Assembly (NCBI GenBank): GCA_973895155.1
Contig: OZ316898.1
Coordinates: 10,935,187-10,999,186, forward strand
Direction of reading: 5' to 3'
From: Marsupella aquatica
Taxonomy: Eukaryota > Plantae > Marchantiophyta
DNA: 64,000 bases
The notes under the pieces were generated by a model. That model saw only the letters and a program-made list of their open reading frames with translations. It had not been told where the DNA came from and searched no databases. Made by a program: the position numbers and the translations under genes. How positions within the stretch are numbered: position 1 is the stretch's first letter; each line of letters starts with the position of its first letter. Below are positions 23,001 through 34,169 of this stretch, piece by piece.

Positions 23001-26000
23001 ACCTTGGATTGGCCCACTAGGGTACTCCGTTGGTCGAATGTACAATCGATCGGAATCTTCAGAGAGTGCATACTCTTGCAATAATTGATTACAAATATTA
23101 TCAGGGATATGTTGTTCGTGGAGGACATCCAAAACATCAGCCCTGAGAGCAGTTACGGATGGACGGTACTTCATTAATTTATCTATACATTTTTCTATAC
23201 TAGCCCGTACTGGGTCAATCAATGACAGCGTTGTATCAATTGTTGCCGTGGTGTGTTGCAAGAAACAAGACAACTCCCTATGCGTTGCCACAGGGCAGTA
23301 ATATTTTACATTGGATCCAGCATCCTGTAAAAAAAGCCGAAATTAGTTCACAATATTAATTGAGAATATAATAATCTACATAATCTTAAAATCAAAACCC
23401 CAAAATATAAATCTCAAAACTTACCATTAAGCACTGGATCAAGTTCGTTCCCTCACCGAAGCATATAGCCCATTCCCCACATTGGACGAATTGACTAACA
23501 ATACTTTCAAAGAATGGAAGTATCTTTTCTGGGGAAGGTGTCGTGAACTCGTCGCTCTCTTCAAAATTGGATATTTTTTCAATCTGATATTTGGAGACCA
23601 ATTGGAACTCAAGGGCTTGTGGATCGCCCATTGTGCTGAAGGCCAAGCTGTGAAAAGCGTAGGTTACAATAAGCTTCTTCTCCTTCGGCCTCTTCTGAAT
23701 ATAATGGCTATCGACAGCAACGTAGTGTGTGTACTTCCCTAATTCCCGTTTGATTAAGTAAGACTCAATGGGAGAGGCTACAATAATAACCACATGGTGT
23801 GGTTTTGCCCCTATCTCGCTAGTAGCACGAAATAACCCCTCATAGAATGAGCAATTTGGCGGACGCAAATCTCCCATTGATGAGGGATCAAAATAAATCA
23901 AGCTCACAAGGTTCTTGTCTTCACGTATGATACAGTCTGCAAACCCAGCATTTTGTATATCCTGCAGGGATCGCAATTTCAGCCTCTCATCGACCGGCCG
24001 CACTAGTTGGTTTCCTTGACTATCAACTGATTTCTGTATTCCTTCCACCAACCTATAGAATATAGGGTCGATCTCCTTCAACAAATTATCATTACTAATA
24101 TTTACATTTAAGCACTTCTTCAGATAACCACTCAACGCATCTCTCAACTGCTTCAGCACCATCTTGTCGAGCTTAAAGCGATCAATCATTCCTTTGACCC
24201 GCAATTTCCGCGCTGAATCTGTCAGACTTTTCAACTCCGTTCGGGTGGATGTTTCCCCGTTGAGTTTACTCAATAATAAAATCTCAAACTCAACTTTTGT
24301 CTTCTTCTTTATACAGAATTGCTCCAAACTCATGTTGGTTGTTGACAACACTGGAGCCTCAAAGGACTTCCTCGCCTTCCCAGATTTCACTTTGATGCTT
24401 CGGTTTTTGAGTATAGACAGTCTTCCGCTCAACATATATTCCGCTGCCTTTCGAAGAACCGAGTCTGAGCACCCTTGACAAGAATGGAACGTCTTCTTCA
24501 GAAGATGATAAGCACACGGATTATCCGCAATTTTGACGGCGTCCCTCTGTAAAATTCCGTTGTAAATTACAAGCTCTCCTGTCCTTGATAGTTCGTAGAC
24601 CTCCATCCACTTCTTGAATGTTTCGTCCTCCATTGTAAAGAGAAACGGAGCCAATTCTCCAAATTTCATCATTTCGTTCTTCCCCATTTGAGCCCATGGG
24701 CAGACAAAACTCGTAGCTCTCATCAATACCTGAAAAACAATGGAAACATGACAATTCTAAGCTTGATGCGACCGTTCGCATGACAAAAGTTTATACGATA
24801 ATGTGATCGAAGAGGGTTATTTATATACCTTCCAATTTGGATGACGATAATATGATCCAGGCTGCCCAAATGAGTTCCAGATATTACGACACTGTCGTAC
24901 AATGGTGAGAAACTGTCCTTCTTCCATTGATGTTTGATGACAATGGTTCAGAGCTTTCGATAATCCCATCAAATGAACATTATTGTCGTTGTTGAGCGTT
25001 GCCCAAAACATTACAGCTTCTATAGTACCGCAAGCGTCTCGTACAACTTGGCTGACTTTGTCGTCCTCTCTCAGCAATTTGTACGCCATTATTGTGTGCT
25101 GGCCTCCGAGTATCCAGAAATGACTGGTCATAATGTCCTCCTCCTTTGGCGATGAATCGTAGGGCGTCCCATTGTAGTCGGGATCTCTGTCGGCCTCCGA
25201 CTGAACCCACTTCATAGGGACTAAAAAGCAGCATCGCTTCTCGAACTTTATAGCCGAATGAGAGAGGAGTGAATTCTTTAGCCTATCTGTGTAATCCTGA
25301 TTCCACTCTCGGCACTTGATGTGGTCCGGTGCAAGATGACAACGTGATGTCTCAACAAAAAATGACTTGCTGTTAAATATATTCACAGCACTATATTCTT
25401 TGAGGAAAGAATCAAACAGAGCCCCGACATTCGCTGAGGTAATTACTTTCGGAAGATTCTCCGCCGAGTATACTTCAACCTTGCTCACTGGCGGGGCCTT
25501 TCCCAAGCGAAATCCCTGGTTGAAAGGAACTCTCTGGAACTCAAGTACGTCAATAATGTATTGACAAATCAAATCTCCCATTGATGCCTCGGGAGGATAT
25601 CCCACACTAGTAACCTTTTCCAAGGCGTGCCTTGCACCTAGAAGATCATCGATTCTGGGCTGATTGAAGGTTACATATTGCGTTCGATCCAAACAAATGC
25701 TTATTTTGTCTTCCTGCTGGTCGTTGCTGACTAGCAGAACCAATCCCTCTGTACACTCTTTAACTTTCATGTTCTTCTCAAAGAAACACCCAAGAATTTT
25801 TGATCTCTCCAAAACTGTAGCTTTATCATTTTTTGCCACCACAAGACGGACAGCCCCATTGCGAACGACTATTCCAAAATCGGATATCTCAGTCGATTCA
25901 AAGAGATGGATACTCTTTGTCTCCGTTGTTCTCTCTCTGATTGACTTTCCTCGATATGCAAGTATGGATGTCTCCGCGGGAGTCATTTTTGTCTTGGCTT

Positions 26001-26061
26001 TCTTTCGAGAAGCAGCTTTAGACGAGTCTCTTTTCCACTTTGAGGTTCCGGTAGGATCCAT
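19186..26061 (-). CDS. Spliced multidomain cargo gene of ~2,106 aa: ParB/Srx-like + degenerate amino-MTase-like + acidic/coiled-coil repeats + Ulp1 protease + FCP1-like domain 1. Exons: 26061-24829, 24729-23425, 23324-23003, 22884-21119, 20966-20178, 20091-19186
   Basis: All five predicted GT-AG introns (99, 100, 118, 152 and 86 nt, AT-rich) join the ORFs in frame; the donor at 21118 (AAG|GTCATT) is weak, so the gene could be split there. Confidence 0.7.
20178..20966 (-). CDS. Exon encoding a Ulp1/SENP (peptidase C48) SUMO-protease domain with an intact triad
   Basis: LTDDIINAYL, PVHNAVKEHWSLVV (His), EYLDSL (Asp), PHQSDGHNCGVF (Gln/Cys). Confidence 0.92.
21985..22582 (-). repeat. Coding minisatellites (AEKAQ/AEKAE)n and (EAARQ)n within cargo exon 4
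   Basis: 15-bp units such as gctttctcagcctgg and ccgggccgcctcctg. Confidence 0.95.
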
Positions 26062-26136
26062 TCTAAAATAGACAAATATTGAAAGTTAAACGTTTATTAT
26101 AAAATACTAACACGCGCATGGTCGCGTCCTGCCGAA

Positions 26137-26667
26137 TTACATTTTAGGAACATTTATCCTGACCCAATCTTCTCGCTCATCTTCATCTAACCAAAACCAA
26201 AGGTTCCTAAACGTGTCAAGTTCAGATCCTTCAAATCCACCCAGAATGTCCAGCGGCGGGAGAGTTCTGATGGATTCTGTAAATCTTAATGCTACACTCC
26301 GTGAAGTCAAATGCCTTCGAAGCGATTCATATCCTGGTCTATCAGTGAAGTCGTAAGCTACCAAGGTGACCGTCGCCTATGTACTACTATAAGTAACTAT
26401 GTGGCACCACTTCTTACTGACTGTTCGAATGGCGATCAAGTCCATGACCCAATTTTTAATCGCAGTATCCGACAAATTCCCAAGACAGTGGAAAAACTCT
26501 TTGACTAATGGCCAAATATATTTCTCGACAATATCGTCCGGAAGACCGGGTATCAGGTCTTCAGCTTGACTCCATATCATGTTTCGGTTCATAACCTTTG
26601 CACGTGCAATGCGCTCCATCATCATTTGACGATGAGATTTTTGATTCATGTCAAAGGACTGCAGCAT
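26137..26667 (-). pseudogene. F-box-only ORF 3 with an in-frame premature TAG at 26377-79
   Basis: DLIPGLPDDIVEKYIWP...IRTVSKKWCHIV; the frame continues after the stop, which aligns with Trp in paralogue 2. Confidence 0.75.
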
Positions 26668-26701
26668 AATATGGAAAAGATTAAGAACAAGAACCTATCC
26701 A

Positions 26702-27268
26702 TTAAGAACTGGGACCACCAAGATTCTGAGAAAATCTACCAAACCTTTCGATTAGGACATCTCGTTCTTCCTCATCTAAATTCTCATATTTGTTCGTAAA
26801 CAATGCGATTTCGTCAGAAGTAGTAGTCCCAAGAACAGATATTTCTGGAAGCATAGAAATATCCTGTCGAATAACTCGACAGACTGAGTCAAACTCCAAC
26901 TCCTCAGTTTCAGGTATGTCGTAAAGAGCATCATTTGCGACATCGACAATCCGGTTTGCTTGTTTGAGGATAGCCCATAACCTTGTATTTGTAACTAGAA
27001 AGTTCCACTTCTTGCTACAAGCTCCAAGCTGAATAAGGTCTCGGACCCTATCGATAACCAAATCGTTATCGAGGTGTCGATATCCACGCAATCTTTCAAT
27101 TGAAATAAAGTGTTCGTAGAGTATTGGCCAAATGTTTGAAATGACCAAAACATCTGGTATTCCTCCAATGAGACTAGAGGAGGTTTCATCCAGCGTATCT
27201 CATATTGTTTTCTGTTTCTTTTCATGAGATGAAAGGAAATCTCGAGCCTCATTCAAAAGTTGGTTCAT
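26702..27268 (-). pseudogene. F-box-only ORF 2 with an in-frame premature TGA near its 5' end
   Basis: MNQLLNEAR...KTI*DTLDETSSSLIGGIPDVLVISNIWP...LGACSKKWNFLV. Confidence 0.7.
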
Positions 27269-27333
27269 CCTGCTTTTATCATATCACAAAACATTGTTAG
27301 AAGATATACGACGCGCTTCGTCACGTAAGTTAA

Positions 27334-27885
27334 CTAGAATTCCTTAAAAGCGTAGATGTCACCCTCAAGGTATCCAACTTCGTGGCATCTGACTGTAAAT
27401 TTCCATTTTTCAAGAGGGTGAAGAGCATCGTAAGTCTTCGTGAAGAGTTCCCTAAGATCTCTGGACATTGACCCCATGAATTTAATTCTTGGGTATTTCT
27501 GGAAGAAACTTTGAACTGTCGATGAGAGAGACTCATTTCCGATCGGTTTAGTAGGATTTCCTGGGAAAGCCAAATCTAATAAACTCAACTTGATTACACC
27601 CAGAAGATAGGTATTCCCAACAAGGTGGCGCCATCTGCGACACACCGAAGATAGTCCTACAAACTCATCCAATTCCTTTATTGAGAAATTTCCTGCATTA
27701 GCCGAGGAATTAAAAGTCTCCTGGATCCGAGGCCATATCAATTCCGCGACAATGAAATCTGGAAGTCCAGGTAGTAGTGTTTCAACAAATACAGAATATC
27801 CCGCAAGTAGACCATCTTGGCTTCTATCCAAAACGTCAAATATTGGGCATAGATATCTGAAGCTCTCCAGACCAGGTTTGCCCAT
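27334..27885 (-). CDS. F-box-only ORF 1 (183 aa, intact)
   Basis: LLPGLPDFIVAELIWP...LSSVCRRWRHLV is a split F-box signature. Confidence 0.8.
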   Translation of the reverse strand: MGKPGLESFRYLCPIFDVLDRSQDGLLAGYSVFVETLLPGLPDFIVAELIWPRIQETFNSSANAGNFSIKELDEFVGLSSVCRRWRHLVGNTYLLGVIKLSLLDLAFPGNPTKPIGNESLSSTVQSFFQKYPRIKFMGSMSRDLRELFTKTYDALHPLEKWKFTVRCHEVGYLEGDIYAFKEF

Positions 27886-28029
27886 GACTCTTTTCAGCCA
27901 AATGATATATCCCAGAGATTATTTTCACGCGACTGGTCGCGTCTACAAATCAGAATGCATAAACAATTCTTTGAGAGACTGATTTTTTCGGGTCACAACG
28001 TGAAATCATAAATGTTGCTTCGTCCTCTA

Positions 28030-29710
28030 ATAGAACCAGTCAATGAGAGAGCAACCTCAGACGCGACTGGTCGCGTCAACTGAACCTAAACAACTATATC
28101 CACTGAACCTTCTGTGGAGATTTGGATATGGTACGCGCTCAGTAAATCTATCCAGTTTCCTTCTCACACGACTGGTCGCGTCAACTGGTCCTAAAAGGAA
28201 CCCTACCTCCTCTAACAGAACCAGTCAATGAGAGATCTACGTCAGACGTGACTAGTCACGTCAACTGGTCCTAAAAGGAACCTTACCTCCTCTAACAGAG
28301 CCAGTCAATGAGAGATCTACGTCAGACGTGACTAGTCACGTCAACTGGTCCTAAAAGGAACCTTAACTCCTCTAACAGAACCAGTCAATGAGAGAGCAAC
28401 CTCAGACGCGACTGGTCGCGTCAACTGAACCTAAACAACTATATCCACTGAACCTTCCTTGTGGAGATTTGGATATGGTACGCGCTCAGTAAATCTATCC
28501 AGTTTCCTTCTCACACGCGACTGGTCGTATCAACTGGTCCTAAAAGGAATCTTACCTCCTCTAACAGAACCAGTCAATGAGAGAGCAACCTCAAACGCGA
28601 CTGGTCGCGTCAACTGAACCTAAACAACTATATCCACTGAACCTTCTGTGGAGATTTGGATATGGTACGCGCTCAGTAAATCTATCCAGTTTCCTTCTCA
28701 CACGCGACTGGTCGCGTCAACTGGTCCTAAAAGGAACCCTACCTCCTCTAACAGAACCAGTCAATGAGAGATCTACCTCAGACGCAGCTGGTCGTGTCAA
28801 CTGAACCTAAACAACTATATCCACTAAACCTTCTGTGGAGATTTGGATATGGTACGCGCTCAGTAAATCTATCCAGTTTCCTTCTCACACGCGACTGGTC
28901 GCGTCAACTGGTCCTAAAAGGAACCTTACCTCCTCTAACAGAACCAGTCAATGAGAGAACAACCTCAGACGCGACTGGTCGCGTCAACTGAACCTAAACA
29001 ACTATATCCACTAAACCTTCCTTGTGGAGATTTGGATATGGTACGCGCTCAGTAAATCTATCCAGTTTCCTTCTCACACGCGACTGGTCGTATCAACTGG
29101 TCCTAAAAGGAACCTTACCTCCTCTAACAGAACCAGTCAATGAGAGAGCAACCTCAAACGCGACTGGTCGCGTCAACTGAACCTAAACAACTATATCCAC
29201 TGAACCTTCTGTGGAGATTTGGATATGGTACGCGCTCAGTAAATCTATCCAGTTTCCTTCTCACACGCGACTGGTCGCGTCAACTGGTCCTAAAAGGAAC
29301 CCTACCTCCTCTAACAGAACCAGTCAATGAGAGATCTACCTCAGACGCAGCTGGTCGCGTCAACTGAACCTAAACAACTATATCCACTAAACCTTCTGTG
29401 GAGATTTGGATATGGTACGCGCTCAGTAAATCTATCCAGTTTCCTTCTCACACGCGACTGGTCGCGTCAACTGGTCCTAAAAGGAACCTTACCTCCTCTA
29501 ACAGAACCAGTCAATGAGAGAACAACCTCAGACGCGACTGGTCGCGTCAACTGAACCTAAACAACTATATCCACTAAACCTTCTGTGGAGATTTGGATAT
29601 GGTACGCGCTCAGTAAATCTATCCAGTTTCCTTCTCACACGCGACTGGTCGCGTTAACTGGTCCTAAAAGGAACCTCACAGTATTTTCACGCGACTGGTC
29701 GCGTCAACAG
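28030..29710. repeat. Tandem array A: 185-189-bp units, two 80-bp subunits and a 563-bp higher-order repeat, with about 20 copies of ACGCGACTGGTCGCGT or close variants
   Basis: The ATG of gtcaatgagag falls at 28043, 28228, 28308, 28388, 28577, 28764, 28951, 29140, 29327 and 29514. Confidence 0.97.
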
Positions 29711-32204
29711 CTCAAACAACTTTTGGACAATAGGATAATACAGTGATACAACTGTGATTACTGACCCGTACGGACAAAGAAATCCGAGGAAGCATAATCA
29801 TTCATTTGTATTCATTCATGAACTTTACAATAATTCAGATGTTTGAGCTCTGTCATTGTGAAACTATTATATATTAGAAGTTTAGAGAATGATCCAGCTA
29901 AGATGATTCAATTTAGCAGTCTACTAGTTGTATTCGTCAATTAAAGGATTCAGTGTAATGAGATTCACATAACATGAGAGTTTATATGATTAAATTCACA
30001 GCATGCAAGTTTGTAATGACTTACTTAAGACGATTCAGGTTGTATTTTAATTAGTGAGTTTGTATGATTCACACATATTTGAGTTTACAAACAAACCGCA
30101 TTATGAAAACTGTGCTTAACAATCAAGAGAAATTTTAGCAAACCACAATCAACACCAGCAGAAAATGTAGAAATTACACCTGAATTCTGAAAAATTGATG
30201 TAATCGTCTGAGAGATTGACGTCCAAGCACTTGAACACCTTGCTGCGGCATTCCAGAAAGTAAATATAAGATTGAAGATATTAATATGCTAAGCAACAAC
30301 AACACAACTTCTATACTTCTATACATAGAGCTTCGCTGCCACCAATTGAATAACATGTGCTAAGGAGCTCATTATGTCGAGTTAAAAAGACTCTTTGAGA
30401 AGTACAATCAAAGCTGTGGATAGGCAAACTGAGCATGAATAAAAGTGCACTAAACCTGAAGATTCAAAGAGGTGAAACAAACCTGAATGCTGAATGGAAG
30501 GAGCTAAAACAAGCTGCCAAAAAGTAGTTTGAGCTGCTGAAACACGTTGATCGAGCTGATATGAGCTTAAAATTGGCTGACACGAGCTGATACAAGCACT
30601 CCCAAAAAGCTAGCTGCAACGAACTAGCAAACTAGAAGTGAATACGAGCTGTAAATGCGAGCTGCAATGCACCAACGAGCTCCTGGTCAAAACGATGGAT
30701 AACTACTAAGAGCTGCAACACGCCGACAAGCACCTGACCACAACGAACGAGTTGCACGAACGAGTTGCAGGAGCGAGAGCGAGAGCGACGAGAGCAGGCG
30801 CGCAAAAGTCTAGGGAGCGAGAAACAACAACAATGAACTCGAGACCGTGGGCGCCGACACTAAGGAAGGACTAATTAGGGTATTGTTTTAGCATAACCCT
30901 AATAACAGCCTAGCGACGAGAAGGTTCCAGATGATCTCCGTACACTCCACCATCGACTGAACAAACTATGCAATCGTGAAAAAAAGATTACCGGATTCCT
31001 TTTGATTTTCCGTACTAAAGGAGATTTCTATTTGATGGCCAATTTGAAATTTAAACCGGTAATTATGCAACTACGAAAGATTGTTAGTGGGGACCCCCGG
31101 ATCCATATCTTCACTATATCTGCCAATTCAAATCCAAAATGTGAACGAACGACAACTTTCTCACGATCGTTCCATCACGTAGTGGAGGCAAACTTCAAAA
31201 TCATTCCATTTTGGTAGTGGAGACCGTCGGATCCGGATCCGTACTCCACTCTCTATCTTGCCAATTCAAAGCCTTACTCTAAACAACGTAAAACGATTCT
31301 CACGGTCGGGGAGAACCGATATTCAAAATCAATCCTATACAATGATTCTCACGACTGGAGACTCAACCAATTTTCAAAATCAAAATCGAGTCCAGATGAA
31401 CACATCCTCCATGGAGTCAATAGACTGATCTCATTGCTCACGGATCATTCTTCATTTTCAGTTTCTCCTGACCAGGATACTAGCTGGGCTCTCAGCGGAG
31501 GCTGATCCAAGGCACATTTGAGGTGGAGCAGATTGGATCATTCGACTATTCCAGTCGGAGGCGGAGCTCATTCAAGCAACGCTGGCGCAGTTCTTGTTGT
31601 ATCACCTTCAATCTTGGGGAGAGCACATCCGATCAAGCGGGAGAGTTGCGACGAAGCGAGACGACAAACATTTAGAACCTCCATAGTCTGCCTCATTCAT
31701 CGAAGCATTCTAGCGGACCAACAAAGAGCGGCTATTCTGAAATCACAGTCTGGTCAAGGATTTTGATCTTGATACGATCAACAAGTTGTCATTCTCTGGT
31801 GGTGGGATTCGATCACGATACTCAAGGAAATTGGAGTTCGAAGGAGGAGGCTTAGTTGGCTGGGATGAGGAGGCTACGCTGGAAGGAAGAGGCTTGGCTG
31901 GGAGGAGGGTTTCCGCCAACATCGAAGGGTTGCCGCCAACATTGCTGAGACCACATGCAACTGAATAACTTGTAAGTATCAATCAGCATTAATTCCACAA
32001 TAAATGAGGAGAGTAGTTGCCTTAAATCACGCATTCAATGCATGAATTGAGTCAATGAAGTTATGGTCCAATTTTTCACTCCGATTTTGATCAATCCGTG
32101 TTTCAAGTCCAATACAGAAGCAATGTATCAGAAGTACTAGTAAAGGATCCGAATGAATTCTCTAGTCTAAAATTGTATGGCGTACGCGTATAGTTGTCCA
32201 TACA

Positions 32205-33155
32205 TTTTGCTATTGTTTATTGTAGTCGACGGCCTAGCAAAACGAAACGTAATCGAGGTCCATTTTTCAGATCTTCCTGATCTCAACTTGTTAGTAGGAT
32301 GACCTGTTTTTTTGTTACACATGCAGTTCGTCACGCGCACAGTCGCGTGAACCAATGTATCTCGTGTCTTTTGATATTGTTTATTGTAGTCGACAGCCTA
32401 GCAAATTGGCCAGAAATCTATTTTAAAACCAACGTCTTCGTTTCATCACGCGCACGGTCGCGTTAATGTTTTAGAGGTCAACGAAAGTTCTGCACTCTTA
32501 GACGTAATCGCCCTTTATTTCAGAGATCTTCCTGATCTCAACTTGTTAGTAGGATGACCTGTTTTTTGGTTACACATGTAGTTCGTCACAGTCGCGTGAA
32601 CCAATTTATCTCGTGTCTTTTGATAATGTTTATTGTAGTCGAAAGCCTAGAGAATTGGCCAGAAATCTATTTTGAAACCGAGTTCTGATTCACGCGACCG
32701 GTCGCGTTAATGTTTTAGAGGTCAGCGAAAGCTCTGCACTCTTAGACGTAATCGCCCTTTATTTCTCAGATCTTTCTGATCTCAACTTGTTAGTAGGATG
32801 ACCTATTTTTTGGGTTACACATGTAGTTCATCACGCGCACAGTCACGTGAACCAATTTATCTTGATATTGTTTATTGTAGTCGACTGCCCAGCGAATTGG
32901 CCAGAAATATATTTTAAAACTGAGGTCTTTGTTTCATCACGCGCCCGGTCGCGTTAATGTTTTAGAGGTCAGCGAAAGCTCTGCACTCTTAGACGTAATC
33001 GCCCTTTATTTCTCAGATCTGCCTGATCTCAACTTGTTAGTAGGATGATCTGTTTTTGGTTACACATGTAGTTCATCACGCGCACAGTCGCGTGAACCAA
33101 TTTATCTCAGGTCTTTTTGATATTGTTTATTGTAGTCGACAGCCTAGCGAATTGT
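32205..33155. repeat. Tandem array B: about 3.7 copies of a ~245-255-bp unit, each with two ACGCG-N6-CGCGT-type sites
   Basis: gatctcaacttgttagtaggatga at 32279, 32534, 32778 and 33025. Confidence 0.95.
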
Positions 33156-33356
33156 CAGTCAGAGGAATCTCGATTTTTCCTTGATTGCAAAAATGGTTAC
33201 ATCGATCCCGAAGAACTTCGGATGTGGAATCCATATCCACTAGCACTATCCAGGAATTTAAGCTACACAGTATCTATAACAAGTTCTAACTTGAACTACT
33301 CTTGAATCTGTAGTTCTAATCTTCGACTACTCAAAATATTGTTGACTTCGATCGAG

Positions 33357-33899
33357 TCAGTCATTCCAAGATGAAGGCATCCACTCATCGGTGTCTGGTG
33401 TGGATTCCCTTGAATCCAGAAATTCTTCCTTTGCCCAAGTCCTAACGTCCATAGATTTTCTCGGCTTGCTCTTTCTGTAATACAAATCAGAATCTTTGTT
33501 CATCTCTAATTGCCTTTTCTTCGGTGCGTCCACTTTCCTTGCCTCCTTCTTGACTGTCTTAGCGTCTGCTGCTGCTTCCCCCGAAATGGATTCGACGCAT
33601 GCTCTGGCCTTCAACTTCTCCCCCCTCGAAACGGATTCCACGAGGGCTTTGCCCTTTAACTTCTCCCCTGATGCCATCTTTGTAGTCATCTCTGTCGGAT
33701 TGGTCTCCATCTGATCTTCCATCAACAAATGTGACGAACAATGTCGTCTCTCACAAAACATTTGACCCGATTTAGTCACCGTAAACATTATATTACATCG
33801 CTGACACATTCTGTAAGGAGTACCCCGAATTCGATACGTCAAACCTTCTGAATCGTCCATCGAAACATCCTCATTCTTCGAGCTCAGCGGAGTAGTCAT
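33357..33899 (-). CDS. Hypothetical 180-aa cargo protein with a putative Zn-binding CxxC-x14-CxxxHC motif, a basic region and an acidic/Trp tail
   Basis: Intact ATG-to-stop ORF; MCQRCNIMFTVTKSGQMFCERRHC; short internal duplication (SGEKLKGKALVES / SRGEKLKARACVES). Confidence 0.6.
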   Translation of the reverse strand: MTTPLSSKNEDVSMDDSEGLTYRIRGTPYRMCQRCNIMFTVTKSGQMFCERRHCSSHLLMEDQMETNPTEMTTKMASGEKLKGKALVESVSRGEKLKARACVESISGEAAADAKTVKKEARKVDAPKKRQLEMNKDSDLYYRKSKPRKSMDVRTWAKEEFLDSRESTPDTDEWMPSSWND

Positions 33900-34169
33900 C
33901 GCCCTTCAAACAAGAGATGTTGACCGAGACTAAGAATTGGGAGAGAGCTGATGTGCGAATAGATTATCCAGTAGCCAGAAAGTGGAATGCGTGGGGGAAT
34001 GAGCAATAGAGATCATCTCAATGCTTTATACTGTTTAGTCTCCACTAGCCATTGTACATAGTGGTTTCTAGAAGAGGGTGCGCGTTTGACTGGCGCGTAT
34101 TAGAATTGGTGGGAAGTTCAGTTGTCTGGTGTCCACTCATTGGTAAACTGGTACTGTCCACCCATTTTT

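Noticed and set aside
28043-29554. Repeated 62-75-aa ORFs (MREQPQTRLV...)
   Set aside because: By-products of the tandem unit; unit lengths of 185 and 187 bp do not preserve frame.
28030-29710. CRISPR-like reading of array A (palindromic repeats with intervening sequence)
   Set aside because: The intervening sequences are themselves repeated rather than unique spacers, there are no cas genes, and the context is eukaryotic.
31518-32034. Short ORFs in the central region of the giant element
   Set aside because: All are under 85 aa, with no motif or consistent frame, so they cannot be supported as genes.
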